Shown piece by piece: positions 1 to 12,875 of a stretch of DNA of 64,000 bases; position 1 is the stretch's first letter; each line of letters begins with the position of its first letter. The notes beneath the pieces are model-generated. The model was given only the letters and a program-made list of their open reading frames with translations, did not search any database and was not told the origin of the DNA. The position numbers and the translations under genes are program-made. The stretch is from Paramecium tetraurelia (taxonomy: Eukaryota). Location: assembly GCA_000165425.1 (NCBI GenBank), contig CT868152.1, positions 124,001 through 188,000 on the forward strand. The letters are read 5' to 3'.

Positions 1-783
1 ATTTCAATAATTCATGTCTCAAATCAATGTCTATTTATAAATTTGTTAACTAATTGTAATCGTTTGACCGCATTGGAAGTATCTCTAATACATCCGCTTA
101 TAGAAAAATTTAGGTTTAGTAAAGTTACTTTCGTTTGTAGATCAAATAAAAACTTATCATTGATTGCATAAGTATAGATTAATAATTAAATCATGAAATA
201 TCTTTATCTTCAATGCTATGTAATTTATTTTATTGTAAAATCTCTTCCTTATATTTATTTTTAAGGATTATTTTATAAAAAATCCTTAATAGTATTTATA
301 ATTCAAATTAATTGTTTTTTGGAATATAAAAATCAGAGTCAATTGATTTAATACATCATCTAGATTATTTATTTAAATTTATTATATAATGTATTTTCCT
401 CTAAATTTAAGAAGCTTTATCTGAAATTTCATATTATTTTTGTAATCATATTTTACCTACAAAATATCTTCTACCTTTTCCTCCTCTAATATAAAAATTT
501 TTTTTAGAGTAAATTTCTACTTTTTATATATTACCAGTCGATACTAAAATATTAATACTCAATCAAATTAGTTATGAGATTCTCAAATTATCTTAATTGT
601 TGATTATATTGTTTGGTTTATAAAAAATTTCTATTGAATTTTCTAATTTCAATTAAATCTGTTGCAAATTTTAAAATTATGGACTAGAGACTGCCTCATG
701 TAATAATTAATTAGATACAAATTAAAATTTAAAATATTAGCATTTATATGTATTCTTTATTAATATTGACATTTAATTAATTA

Positions 784-1685
784 ATGAGGAATTATATCAC
801 GATAACACAAGATAATAATGTTAGACAATATCCAAGATTACTTGCTAATGAAGGCTTATAAAATTAGATGGCTAAGTTCAAGAAAATTGAAAATGAAGGT
901 GGGTTTAAGAAAAAAGTAGAAACTAACTTTGTTCTAAAGAGTTTACATAAGATGAATCATGAGACACATAGTTTCAGATTAATAAAAGTCTTAGATACTC
1001 CATTTATACAAAGGAGAAAAAGTGAATGTGATGGAGTAATTTCTGAAAAAATTGTATTTATCTAAGTTATCATAAGCAAAACATCGATATGAAGTACCCT
1101 AAAACAACAATTGGGCAACACCAATTTTTAGATAGAGTTAAAGACTTACGTAGAAAAGCTATAAAGGGGAGAATGAAAAATAAATTTTAGAAATCTTTCA
1201 GGAAAATAGATACAACAAAACCTAGCTAATTCAATCATCAACCTCACTATACTATGTCAAAACGTGATTCCACTTATGGGAGTTTACAAGAAATCAAAGT
1301 ACTCAGACCTTTTGCCAGAGATCGTGCTTACTATTAACGAACATTGGAGAAAAAGGGATCTGATTCTTTTTGTGAATCCCCAAGCACGCCTAATCTTCAT
1401 ATTCGTAGAAGAACATAGAAAATAGGAGTAACACAAAATTAAAAATAATTTGTTTTACTCTAATTGAACAAGTTCAGCCCCAAAAATTTTGAATAAATAA
1501 AAAAAGATTCCATACTAAAGATCTTATCAGAAACCAAAGAGAGCTAGTCTTAAACTCATGTTGTTCCTTAACCTGCTTCCATAATCTTAAATAAATTTTA
1601 ACCTTACATTTGCAATCCAAAGATTATGAATCTAAAAAAATGTAGCATCTTAACCTCTTCTTCTAGAGTTAAAACCTTGTTTTGA
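784..1685 (+). CDS. hypothetical protein (1 intron)
   Basis: ATG at 784, TGA-free frame in code 6, 23-nt GTA..AAG intron at about 1054-1076, TGA at 1683-1685; no recognisable motif. Confidence 0.7.
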
Positions 1686-1721
1686 TTAACTTTATTGATC
1701 ATAAATAAATATAATTAAGTA

Positions 1722-2586
1722 TCAATTAATATGGCTTCTGCTAGTCTTGCTGTCAAAATTATTTTTTTTTCGCTTTTTAATGTTACCCAACCCAATTGTA
1801 CTTATATTACTAAAATTATAATACTTAATATTATCCATTGAATGTCTATTTGAATTAATTGAATATCGATCACAAACACTTATAACTTTATCAAATTTCT
1901 CTATATAACTCTGTTTTAGACTGCTACTAGTAATTTTATCAAGGTTACGCAAACTAGTTTTTTGCAGTTAAGTTACATTATATTTCTTGGGCTCTCTATA
2001 GAAATTAAATATTTCGTCCTATGTGCATTGACTTACATTTAACTCATTCATAGTGGGAGCAAAATCGTCTTCAGAAATCGAAGGCTATTTTTTGTAAATT
2101 TCCTAATATTTGATACTTAATTAATTCAAAAATAATACTTGCGTGCCTCTTCCAATTATTCTTTTGCTTGCATTTCAAATTTAACTAAGTATTCCTGAAT
2201 GTTAGTTTTAATTATTTATCTATATTTATTGAGATTTTTCTCAATATGCGAATCACGTAAGGCTGTCGATTAATATTTATCGGCCCAAAATTCAGTGCAA
2301 TGAATTCTGCCACTATTAATTAATGGGATGTTGTGTTTTTAAGGTAATAAGGGTTCGAATTTTCGTTTTCGAAATAGAGCTATGGTGTCTTTTCTGTCTT
2401 CCAAAGCCTTGTCCTTCAATAGAAACTACAAATTGAGATTTAATAATTAACCGGTAAAGAAAGCATCATGTTAAAATTAACTTTCCTCCTATTTGCTAAT
2501 TGTTGCAATGTAAATTATTCAATTGGAGGTAACATACTCAATTAAGATTTCATAATTTCAGGATTATATGATATTTCTTCTTACAT
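1722..2586 (-). CDS. hypothetical protein
   Basis: MQEEISYNPEIMKSQLSMLPPIEQF... in code 6, short GT..TAG introns, TGA at 1722-1724. Confidence 0.65.
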
Positions 2587-2644
2587 TTTTATATTAAATT
2601 AATATTCTATAGAAATATGATAATTTTTGCAATACTATTAAGAT

Positions 2645-3381
2645 TCAATTAACAAAGAGTTAGTACAATTGAGATCGTTTTATTGGTTACAGAGGTACAC
2701 TTCTGGGGGAATCATTAAAAATCACTTCTGATTGTTGTTTCTACTTCAAAGGCTTAACCTTAACCTTTCTTCCTCTTTAAGTAGCATGAATTCTACTTTA
2801 ATCAATGTCTTTAAGAATATCGTTAGTCATTTATTCTGATTGTCTAGCTGTGCAAATGGATGTCAATTTACAAGGACTCTTTTTTTGGTTAGCCTTTCGA
2901 ATACCATTACTCTCTATTCCTGCCAGTCCTTTGAGATTAAGTGTATAATTAGCATTGTGTTGATCAATCAAAGCTTTGATTCGCTCACACTCTATTTTTG
3001 TATGTTTTGATTGCCTTTTAATATAGTTGTTAAATCGTTTACTTCAAATAGTCTTCTTATTTACCTTCAACAATAAATTTCTTTCTAATCTTGGGGTCTA
3101 ACAATTTTATGTAGTTAGCTATTTTGGATGAAGCTCCTATGAAATTCTTATATCTACCCAAACTAGAGGGATCAAATATCAATTCATTAAAATTAGGTCT
3201 AGTCTATGAGAAATTATTTATACAATTTCCCTTCACCTTCTGTCAATTGACAATACAAACGAATTTTGGTATTGTTCATCTTTGACATCTAATCGACATG
3301 TATCATTGAATCAAATAGCATAGTTAAATCTGTATTGGTTTCTGCATTACTAAACGAAGAGGATTTATTGCTAAAATACAT
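2645..3381 (-). CDS. hypothetical protein
   Basis: MYFSNKSSSFSNAETNTDLTMLFDS...; one short intron near 3200-3225; TGA at 2645-2647. Confidence 0.65.
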
Positions 3382-3398
3382 ATTAACTATAATATTAA

Positions 3399-4025
3399 TC
3401 ATTCTTTTTTAAACTTAGTTGGGACTGTCTTATTTTGCTTGTTGTTCTTTCTCTAGTTGATTTTCCTAATCCTATCTTCCTTCATGATCTTCACTATGTA
3501 TAACCCAGTTTCAACTATCAAAGCCCCAATCAAAAAGAATGCAGCCAAGGCTAATGATTGATCATATGTAAGTTGAAAGAAGTAAATTCCCAGATAATAA
3601 CCTAGTAATCCACTGGCGAAGATGCTAAAAATGAAGGACAATCCAAAATTAACACTTTTTTCATACTCCTTAATGGATTCTTGTTTTTTTTCTTGAAATA
3701 CACCTTTAGTCAATTAAGATGATTTTGATATGAATGCTCTGTCTTTGCATCTCATCTCTCTTGCTCTGATTTCGTCTAAGACTTCTTTGGGCCTATGATC
3801 TGCTTCCCAGGTGATTTGCAATGCTTATAAATCACTTTACATGATGAACTTAGTTCCAATAACATCTTGGATGTTTAACTAATCTATATGATCATCATTA
3901 TATTGATCTATATAAAGTTTGATTTCACTAAACTTGGCATAATTGGTTGGATTAAGTGGATCTTGTGTGTATTTGAAATGCTTTTTAATTTCTTGAGGAA
4001 GCAAGTCTATATAAACATATACCAT
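3399..4025 (-). CDS. Vma12/TMEM199-like V-ATPase assembly factor (ER membrane)
   Basis: Intronless 208-aa ORF with a soluble N-terminus, two C-terminal TM helices (FGLSFIFSIFASGLLGYYLG; LALAAFFLIGALIVETGLYIV) and a basic tail ending KFKKE (dilysine-like). The topology resembles the Vma12/TMEM199 family; this is recognition by eye. Confidence 0.55.
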
Positions 4026-4053
4026 ATTTATAAAATATTAATTGAAATATAAA

Positions 4054-4837
4054 ATGGATTTTGGAATTTAAAACTAAACAGATGAATAATAGTAGGCCAA
4101 CAAAGAATCATCGAATCAAAATGTCAATGAGGGAAATAAAAAATAAACTGGTTTTTGTGCATTTTTGACAGTCGAGTAAATTATAGATTAAGATTCAAGA
4201 TTTTATACTCCTTATTTCAATGTGACTGAAACTGATGTAATACAAAGAATCCAAGGGACATTCTTGCCACTCAAGCCAGACTTTCTAAATCTGATTCGAG
4301 GAAATCCTGATTTGTAAATTATTATAAATTTAAATCTAAGATGGGGCCCAATTTGGATAAATGCTACCTTAATCTTTATGATCACAGCCATAGCCAATTT
4401 AAGATAGATAGACGAAGAGAAAGAAAATCAATCCTTCGTAATTAGTTATGTCCCATAAGCAACTGCTTTACTATATATAATAGCATTTGGAACTCCATTA
4501 GTCTTAGCTGCTGTTATGAAGTTTTTAGGAGTTGACTTAAGTTTCTTCTAAACTATATGCCTATATGGATACTCAATGTCAACACTATTACCAATAACCA
4601 TCTTATGTTATTTCTAAAATGAACTATTCTTATGGTTGATAATCGTTTATGGATTTGCTAATTCCTCTCTGTTTTTGATTATTAACCTAAAGGAGTATTA
4701 ATTTTTCATATAACATTAGAGAATTAGATAAATTGTAGATCTAGAAGAAGTATATTATTATAGGAATAGTTGTGACAATGCAGCTATCACTATATTTGTT
4801 TTACAAATTAGTTTTCTTCTCTTATGTAACGGAGTGA
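4054..4837 (+). CDS. Yip1-domain protein (YIPF1/2-like)
   Basis: YFNVTETDVIQRI...NPDLWGPIWINATLIF and CLYGYS motifs typical of YIPF1/2; several TM segments; 3 short introns. Confidence 0.85.
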
Positions 4838-4872
4838 AATACATTAAATATTTACATATTGTTGATAATAAT

Positions 4873-7800
4873 TCATTTTCTTTAAGATTCTCAATTTTCT
4901 GCATTCCTAAGGGCTTCATCTAGCTTCTTCTCTTGTTAAGCAAAGGCATAACCAGTGTATTTCCTAGTTTTGACTGGCTTAACAGGCAGAAGAACCGATG
5001 TGTCATCATAGACATCCTCTTCTTCTTAGAATAAGTTCTCAAATTTATCAGGAGGCATTAATGATGAAGGTGGAGTGCTTCCAAATCTTGACTTCTCTGA
5101 TGAAGCTGGCTCTTCTGCATCCCTTACTCTATGGATTTCAAAGAGTTATTGTTCCGAGAATATTGACCATCTTGATAATGCTAGATCAAATAGAATTGTT
5201 AAAATCAGTATTCCACTCAAAATGAAGTAAAATTAGATATTAGAAAACAAATGTATGAATGTGTGCGAAATGTCTAATCTGTCTGTGAATTAAGATAAAA
5301 ACATGTAGGTTAGCAAATACAGAATAATAGAGCCAAAAATAGATAGCACAGATCCTATGGAATTCATGTAAGAGAAGACAAAGACCTTTAGATTCACTAT
5401 TATAATTGCATAACAGAATACTGCCATGCCTACTGATGAAAGAAAGAGGATTCTTCCTTCTTTGTCAATGCTTGTTTACTCCATCGATGGAAATACTGCA
5501 TAAATAACAATGGCTGATTGTATTCCACCAGAGCAAAACCAGAAAAAGAAGGTGAGCAGAGTCACTTTATTATTAGTTTGATATAGTTATGGATCTAAGG
5601 ATATATATAATTTGTATACTTTTTAACAGAAATTTAGATGAATATTGTTAATCCAAGATTGCATAAATCATTATAGGCACACTCGTATAGAACATATTAT
5701 AAAATTGATAAAGCCAAGGATCATATAAATTAAGAGGTGAAAATCCATTATAAAATGAGAACCAAAAGTGTGGTAATACAATAAGGAGATTTTTGTAAAA
5801 GTTGTATCCAACCAGAACTTGATTTCTTCTATAACATTCTCTTCCATGATAGAGTAATAGTTATTGTAAAATTCTAAATTCCCCAATTGAATAATCTGCG
5901 GCTCTTGCTGCTTAATTCCCTTCAACTCCTTTGATTCCTATTCCAATATTGGCTGCTGTTATCATATTTACATCATTGGCTCCATCTCCTACTGCCATAG
6001 TCACAATATTATAAATATTATCCTTCACTAATTGCACTAATTCTTACTTTTATTTGGGTGATACTCTGCAAGCTATAACAGTATGACATTATTTGGCCAA
6101 TTCAATGAGTTTAATGAGATACTTTTCATCCAAATGGATTAATGAATCACCAGAAATGATTAATGCAGTTGAATGGTTTTAGAATTGAGTTTTTAATAAA
6201 TCTAAACCCGAGTTTATTTTGAACTAGGCTTCAAATTAATCATCTGATTAAATCACAATTTTTTATTGAGAATCATTTAACAAATTACAAGCATAACTTA
6301 TATTAATAGCAGTTTCTAATTTATCTCCTGTTAATACCCATATCTTAATTCCTGCATTCAATATTTTCTACATTGTACTACCAACATCATCTTATAACTT
6401 ATCCTCAATTCCGGTTCCTCCAATCAATACAAGATTGGTTTCTATTTGATCTTATAAACTTAGCAACTATTCCTCCCTATTAATAGTGGTTAAACCTGCT
6501 AAGAGATATTTATTAATCCATTCATCATATTGCTATTTGGTCAACTCTTTTTATGCCAACAGTAGAGTTCGTAATCCCTTTTCAGCATATTATTCTAAAT
6601 GTTACTCTGTGATTGACAATAACTCCTAATTTTATCTATTCGACTTATCAAGCAAATTGATTATCATTGAATCAGCTCCCTTGCACAACAACATAATTTG
6701 ATCATTCTAATCTTAAACGATAACAGACATCCTCTTTCTTGCTGAACTAAACTCCAACACTTATAATAACTTATATTTTAACAACTAATCTTTATACTTG
6801 ACAATCATCATTCCATCATCCAACCCTATATACTCAAATCCACAAAACTTTGCTCCCATAAGTAAAGCTAGTTCATCTGGTGAAGATGCATTATACTTAA
6901 TTTTGCCTTACTCATATTCCACTAATATTGTATGACATAAAGCAAGATGCATAAAATATTCAACTATTCTTCTGGAGTGGTCATCATTCTAATTCAAATC
7001 ATTGAATAGTTGTTTGTCTCTAAAGTCCACATTGGTTACTTAAGGCATGTGAGTTATCTCATCAGAGTTTAAGATTTAACTTCTATTACAAACATTCCCG
7101 TAAGATTTACCATGTATTGATATGGTTTTGAACTCCATCAAATTCTTTGTAATGGTTCCAGTTTTATCAGTGAACATGTATTTGACATTACCCAATTCTT
7201 CATTTAGATTCGAAGTTTGCACTTCAGTTCTATGATTTTATGACTTACACTATTTATCATTTTCTATCATCATACCTTGTAAATATTTAACCTACACTAG
7301 ATACCAAATTATTTTCATACCATTTCTAGAGTCACTAATAAAGATATTGGAACAAAATTAGTATAAATCAATAACCAAGTTCCCCATCTTTCCATTGTTC
7401 TAAAGACTATGTTAGTTTAAAGATCATTCTCATCTAATTCCAAGTAGGGAATATCCATAAAATTATCTAATTACCAAAACACTGAATATTAAGCTGAGAA
7501 CAAGCAAATTACTAATTATCTATTTTAATCTCATGTTAATTTACATAAAAAATACTAGAATAATAAAGAAATTCATCTATGATTCTAATGTGCTTGACTT
7601 AGGTCTAGCCTTAGTTGAATTTAACATGATCTTAGTGTCAAATCCTGTATAGACAACCAAGCCATATATCCAATGAGTGTTCCTCAGTGAACACCCTCTG
7701 AGAATAAAGTTGACTTCATCTAATTAATACACTTTTCTATGTTAGGCATCGTAATTAATAATTGAATCTCTTGACTAATCTCCATCACTGTTATGATCAG

Positions 7801-8585
7801 GAGGCATCGTGATTGTACCATTGAATTTATATAGATAAGGGTTGGGTTTATCGTAATGGACAAGAATGTGCTCCTTTTGTAAGAGATAATCATTTAAATT
7901 TCTGGTGAATTAAAGTCCTTTATGTTATTTTTTGATTTTGAGGTTGGTTTCTCCATCTAAATTTTTGGTTTCAATGAAACAAGACCCTTTTTCACTTGTT
8001 TTGACGACTATCACATCGGCAGGGAAATATTCACCTTACTCTATTCTGATAATGTCTCCCACTAATATTTGTTACCATTTCTTTTCAACCAATCCGTAAG
8101 GTGTCAACACTAAGGCTATTCTTTAATTTTATCATAACATTGAATACCGCTTGTTCTCATCTCGATCAGAGAGCTATCTCTTGTGATCTTCTAAAAAGTC
8201 TTTAAATGCTGATATTGCAATGACTACAAACAAAGGAAACCAGATAACAGGTTACCCATCAGTAATCGATACTAAATCTATAGTTTCCAAATATCCGACG
8301 ATCAAAAAATAGATATTTGCCATCTTTGAAAATTATTCCATTAAGTTCAAAGGAAGAAATGTCCATAGAGTGTATTTGCAGGTTCTGATTGTGTTATCTG
8401 GTAATTCGTGATCTTAAATATTTGTAATGATAGTTCTATCTTGTTGTTAATGCTTTGATACCTTTCATGTCTCTCCAATGAGGTCTAGTCTTGAAGCAAC
8501 ATCCTTGAAGTTCGTATTTGTTGTCATACGGCAAATACAAGGACCAGGGATCAGGTTGCCCCAATTCGCTTTATGAGTTTTACAT
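4873..8585 (-). CDS. P4-type ATPase (phospholipid flippase)
   Basis: [34 protein letters not shown] (phosphorylation site), [29 protein letters not shown] and [12 protein letters not shown] motifs. Confidence 0.95.
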
Positions 8586-8697
8586 GAATTTTTAATAATA
8601 ATATAAAAACGATATAATATGAATAATGATGCAATATGTGAGTATAAATGCTGGGTTCTTGATTAATATTGGATACACATTTTAACTAAATTTATAT

Positions 8698-10222
8698 ATG
8701 AGAGTTGGTATTAATTTGCATCAGAAAACTTTGTAGCATACTAAATGTCCATTCTTAAAGACATTCAACATCAATATGACATCAGAACAGGCCATAACCA
8801 AATACACTAAATTTTGCCCCTATCTCCATTACAAGGAAATGAAGTAGACAATATTAGTATTTCTAGATCTGAGACAAAGAAGTGTCCGATTGACCATACC
8901 CAGTTTTATAGTAACCAATTCAAGGGTGTGATTCAGTAGATTAAAGATGAGGGACGATATCGAGAATTCAAGAGTTTATTACGAACAAATGGCGAATTTC
9001 CTAGAGCCATCAATAAGACTCCCTCTGGGGACCAAGCAATAACCTTATGGTGCAGCAATGATTACTTGGGTAAGAGTAGAGAGTTAACAGTAGGAATGTC
9101 TCAAAATCCGATGGTAACTTAGGCAACCAAAAATGCAATCGACCTCACAGGAATAGGAGCAGGAGGAACCCGTAACATTGGAGGCACAAGCATCTACCAT
9201 GTCGAGTTGGAAAGAGAACTAGCTGACTTGCACAGGAAAGACAGTGCTTTGGTTATGAACAGTGGGTATGTTGCTAATATGGCCACCTTGGATACACTCG
9301 GCAAAGTCTTAAAGGATGTGACATTTTTGAGCGATGCCAAGAATCACGCTTCCCTAATCGAAGGAATGAGAGCCACCAAAAGAGATAGAGTCATTTTTAA
9401 ACATAATGATTATAAAGATTTGGAGGAGAAATTAAAATAATTAGGTATTTTTATATTGTACAAAATTAGATATTTAATAAAACAAAGTCATTGTATTCGA
9501 ATCTGTTTATTCTATGAATGGCACTGTTGCACCAATCTCAGAGTTCATCAATCTAGCCAAGAAATACAATGCTCTTACTCTCATCGATGAGGTCCATGCA
9601 GTAGGTATGTATGGCGATAGAGGGGCAGGCGTAACTGAAAAACTTGGATTGCAGAAAGAAATCGATATAGTCACTGGAACCTTGGGCAAAGCATTTGGAT
9701 GCTCTGGAGGTTACGTATCAGCAAACTCAGAAATTGTAGATGCTGTCAGAAGTACTGCCAGTAATTTCATTTTCTCAACATCCATGTCTCCAATAATAGC
9801 AGCAGCTTGTTTGGAGTCTGTCAAATATCTTAAAACACATCCTGAAATCAGAGAAAGACATCAATATGTTGCATCTCTTATTAAAGCTAAGTTGAAGAGT
9901 AAGGGTATCCCTGCTCTCAATAGTGCATCCCATATTGTCCCAGTATTTATAGGAGATCCTATTTTATGCAAAGAAGCTTCTGAAACACTACTTAACGATT
10001 ACAACATCTACATACAACCTATTAACTATCCTACAGTGCCAAGAGGGTAATATCTTATTTCTATGTTATTTTAGATAAGAGATATTACGTATATCTCCGA
10101 CTCCATTACACACCGAGGAAATGATTGATGAATTGGTTGACTCTATTGAATGTGTGTTTAAGAGACTAAATCTAAGAATGGAATCTTAACACACGGCAGA
10201 ACAAAGGGCAATCTTCTAATGA
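8698..10222 (+). CDS. ALAS: 5-aminolevulinate synthase, mitochondrial
   Basis: [44 protein letters not shown] (PLP lysine) and [12 protein letters not shown] motifs; N-terminal presequence with CP motifs; 4 short introns. An in-frame upstream ATG lies at 8626. Confidence 0.95.
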
Positions 10223-10301
10223 TAGTAAATTATTTTCATTAAAATATACACAAAAATAACACTAAATTTCCCATCATGATATTAATATATATAATTATTA
10301 A

Positions 10302-11551
10302 ATGTGGAGGAGAGCCTTTTAAAATTGTCTCAAGATTGCATTCATTGGATCATCTGTAACATTTACTTCTAGCTTTGTATTTTCTTAAGAATAATTATAT
10401 GCATGGGTAATCTAATACATTAAGTTAAGGGATGGAATAATTTTGGATAATTAGGCATTGGAAATTCGATTTCTTAATATTCTCCTCAGCTAGTCCCTAT
10501 CTAGGATGTTTTATTTGTAGCATGTAAATCAAGTGTTTCTGCAGCAATTGATAAATCCGGAAAATTGTATACATGGGGAAGATCAAAGTTTGGACTCTTA
10601 GGAAATGGATAGGTGGAAAACATAAATGTTCCTTCACTTGTCTAATGTTTGAAACATCTGGATTTCAAATTTGTTGCATGTGGTAATTATCATATGGCTG
10701 CAATAACCACTGACGGACAATTGTATACATGGGGTAATTTTGATCATGGCAAACTCGGTCATTCATTTGATAACTCAGCCAAATTGCCATCTAGAGAAAA
10801 ATACGAATATTAAAAGAATTTGGGATCTGCTAAATTACCAGAATTAGTATAATTAAATTTTAAAGTCCAACAAGTAGCCTTAGGAGATCAATTTACTATA
10901 ATACTATCAGAAGATGGCAATGTTTATTCAGTGGGATTGAATAAAAAAGGCATTTTAGGATATCAAACAAAAAATGTTGATGAACCTACTTTTAAACAAA
11001 TTCCTGATTTAAAAAATATAGTATAAATTGATAGCGGCACTGATTTTAGTGTTGCACTTGATTCAGATGGAAAGTATATATGAATATTAATTAGTATGTT
11101 CGCATGGGGTAGTAATTACTTCGGATAATTAGGAACACCAAGTCCTTCTGTAGTTTAAACACCATAGCAAATTAAAGGATTGCCAAAGATTAAATAATTT
11201 TCCTGTGGAGAATAATTCATTGGGGCTTTGAGTACAGATGGGGTATTATATACTTGGGGTTTTGGAGGAGATGGTTAATTAGGAACACCCAGCAAATAAG
11301 ATATACCAACACCTCATAAAATATAATTTGATCAAAATATTGATAAGGTCTCATGTGGTTAAGCTCATGTAGGCATCGTTAGTAAGAATAAACTCTACAT
11401 GCACGGAAGGGGAAAAGAAGGCTAATTAGGTCGAGGTTCAGAGACTGAATCTCCTAATAGCAGTAGATACTCTCCTTTATTAGTTATGGAAAATGTTATA
11501 AAAATTGCATGTGGAGGAAGTCATTCTTTCGCTGTTGTCAACTAAAAATGA
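10302..11551 (+). CDS. RCC1-repeat beta-propeller protein, possibly mitochondrial
   Basis: Repeated YxWG.n..GQLG and aCG..H motifs; N-terminus MWRRAFQNCLKIAF resembles a targeting peptide. Confidence 0.85.
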
Positions 11552-11664
11552 GTTTATTTTAATATATTTTGTCTTAATAAAACAAGATTGATTCTAAATA
11601 TATATAATGCCTTTATTTTGTTTGAATAAACTTTACATATTAATAAATTGTAAAAAAACCATTT

Positions 11665-12371
11665 TCAACAATTGCAAGAAGATGGTGCTTGTTGTGGCTA
11701 AGGAGTGTCCTTATTGATTTAGAATGTGGGTTTGCCTTCTGGATTAGCTTGTGGCTTCTGACTCTCATTTTCCAATCTTTTTTTCAAATTAAGACCTAGT
11801 ATATCGAAAATGTTTTCTAAATTTATTTAGCAATTTGTAATTACATATATTTTTATTTTCTAATGCACTGGTCTCTATGAATGGCATTTTATACTTTGTT
11901 GCTAATGCTTAACCTTCCGATGATTGAACTCTTCTATCTTGAGAATCCATTTTATTTCCGACTAAGATTGAACAACTTAAGGGATTATTATTGCATATTA
12001 CACTTCATCAGTTGTATTTTCTGTTATAGATTTGATCCAAGTTTCTACATTATTGAATGAGTTTCTATCTACTATGGAATAAACAAAAATTATTCCGAAT
12101 GCCCCCTTATAATATGTTTGTGTAATGTTCCTAAATCTCTCCTATCCTGCTGTGTCCCAAATCTATAATTTGATTTTCTTATCTTCAACCTTGTTAACAT
12201 ATTTATCATTTGTACAGTGATTGTTTTTATCTTAAAATCAACACCTATTGTTGCCATATAATTTTATGAAAACTTTTGATCACAATATTGAGTAAGGATA
12301 TTGGTCTTTCCTACTCCTGAGTCTCCTAACACAATTACTTTCACCAACCAATCGTAATAACTATTAGACAT
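11665..12371 (-). CDS. Rab GTPase (Rab8/Rab1-like)
   Basis: [28 protein letters not shown] (Q = TAG), GNKMD, ETSA motifs; C-terminal CNC prenylation motif. Confidence 0.95.
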
Positions 12372-12875
12372 TTTATCAAAATTTATCAATAATATTTATT
12401 ATTTAAAATTCAATATTCATTTAAAATTACTTCTTCCAACTAAGTATCTGAGAACAATTCGATATTTCAGTTAAATATTTTACATCATTTAAAAATTATT
12501 TTGGCTCTTACTCTATTTAAAAGCTTTCCGAAAGTGAGAAATTACTAAGTTAGTTATGGCATTTAATTTCGTAATGTATTCTATTTAAATTTTGGGACTT
12601 TGTTCTTAATTAATGGCTTTACTTTAAAAATATTTGGATTTCATAAAATTAGCATTGATTATTATTATTAATTTTCTTAATTACACATAAAGATTGAATT
12701 GTAATTAATAAAATAATTATAATAATAGTATTTTTAAAAAGAAAAAAGAAGAGAATTTTATTTTTCTGGATGTTTTTTATGTGATTTTATATAATTATAA
12801 ATAAGACAGTTCTTAGTGCTTAAATTATGATTAAATAGGGTCGACCAATTTAATTTAAACTATCATTAAAATAAT

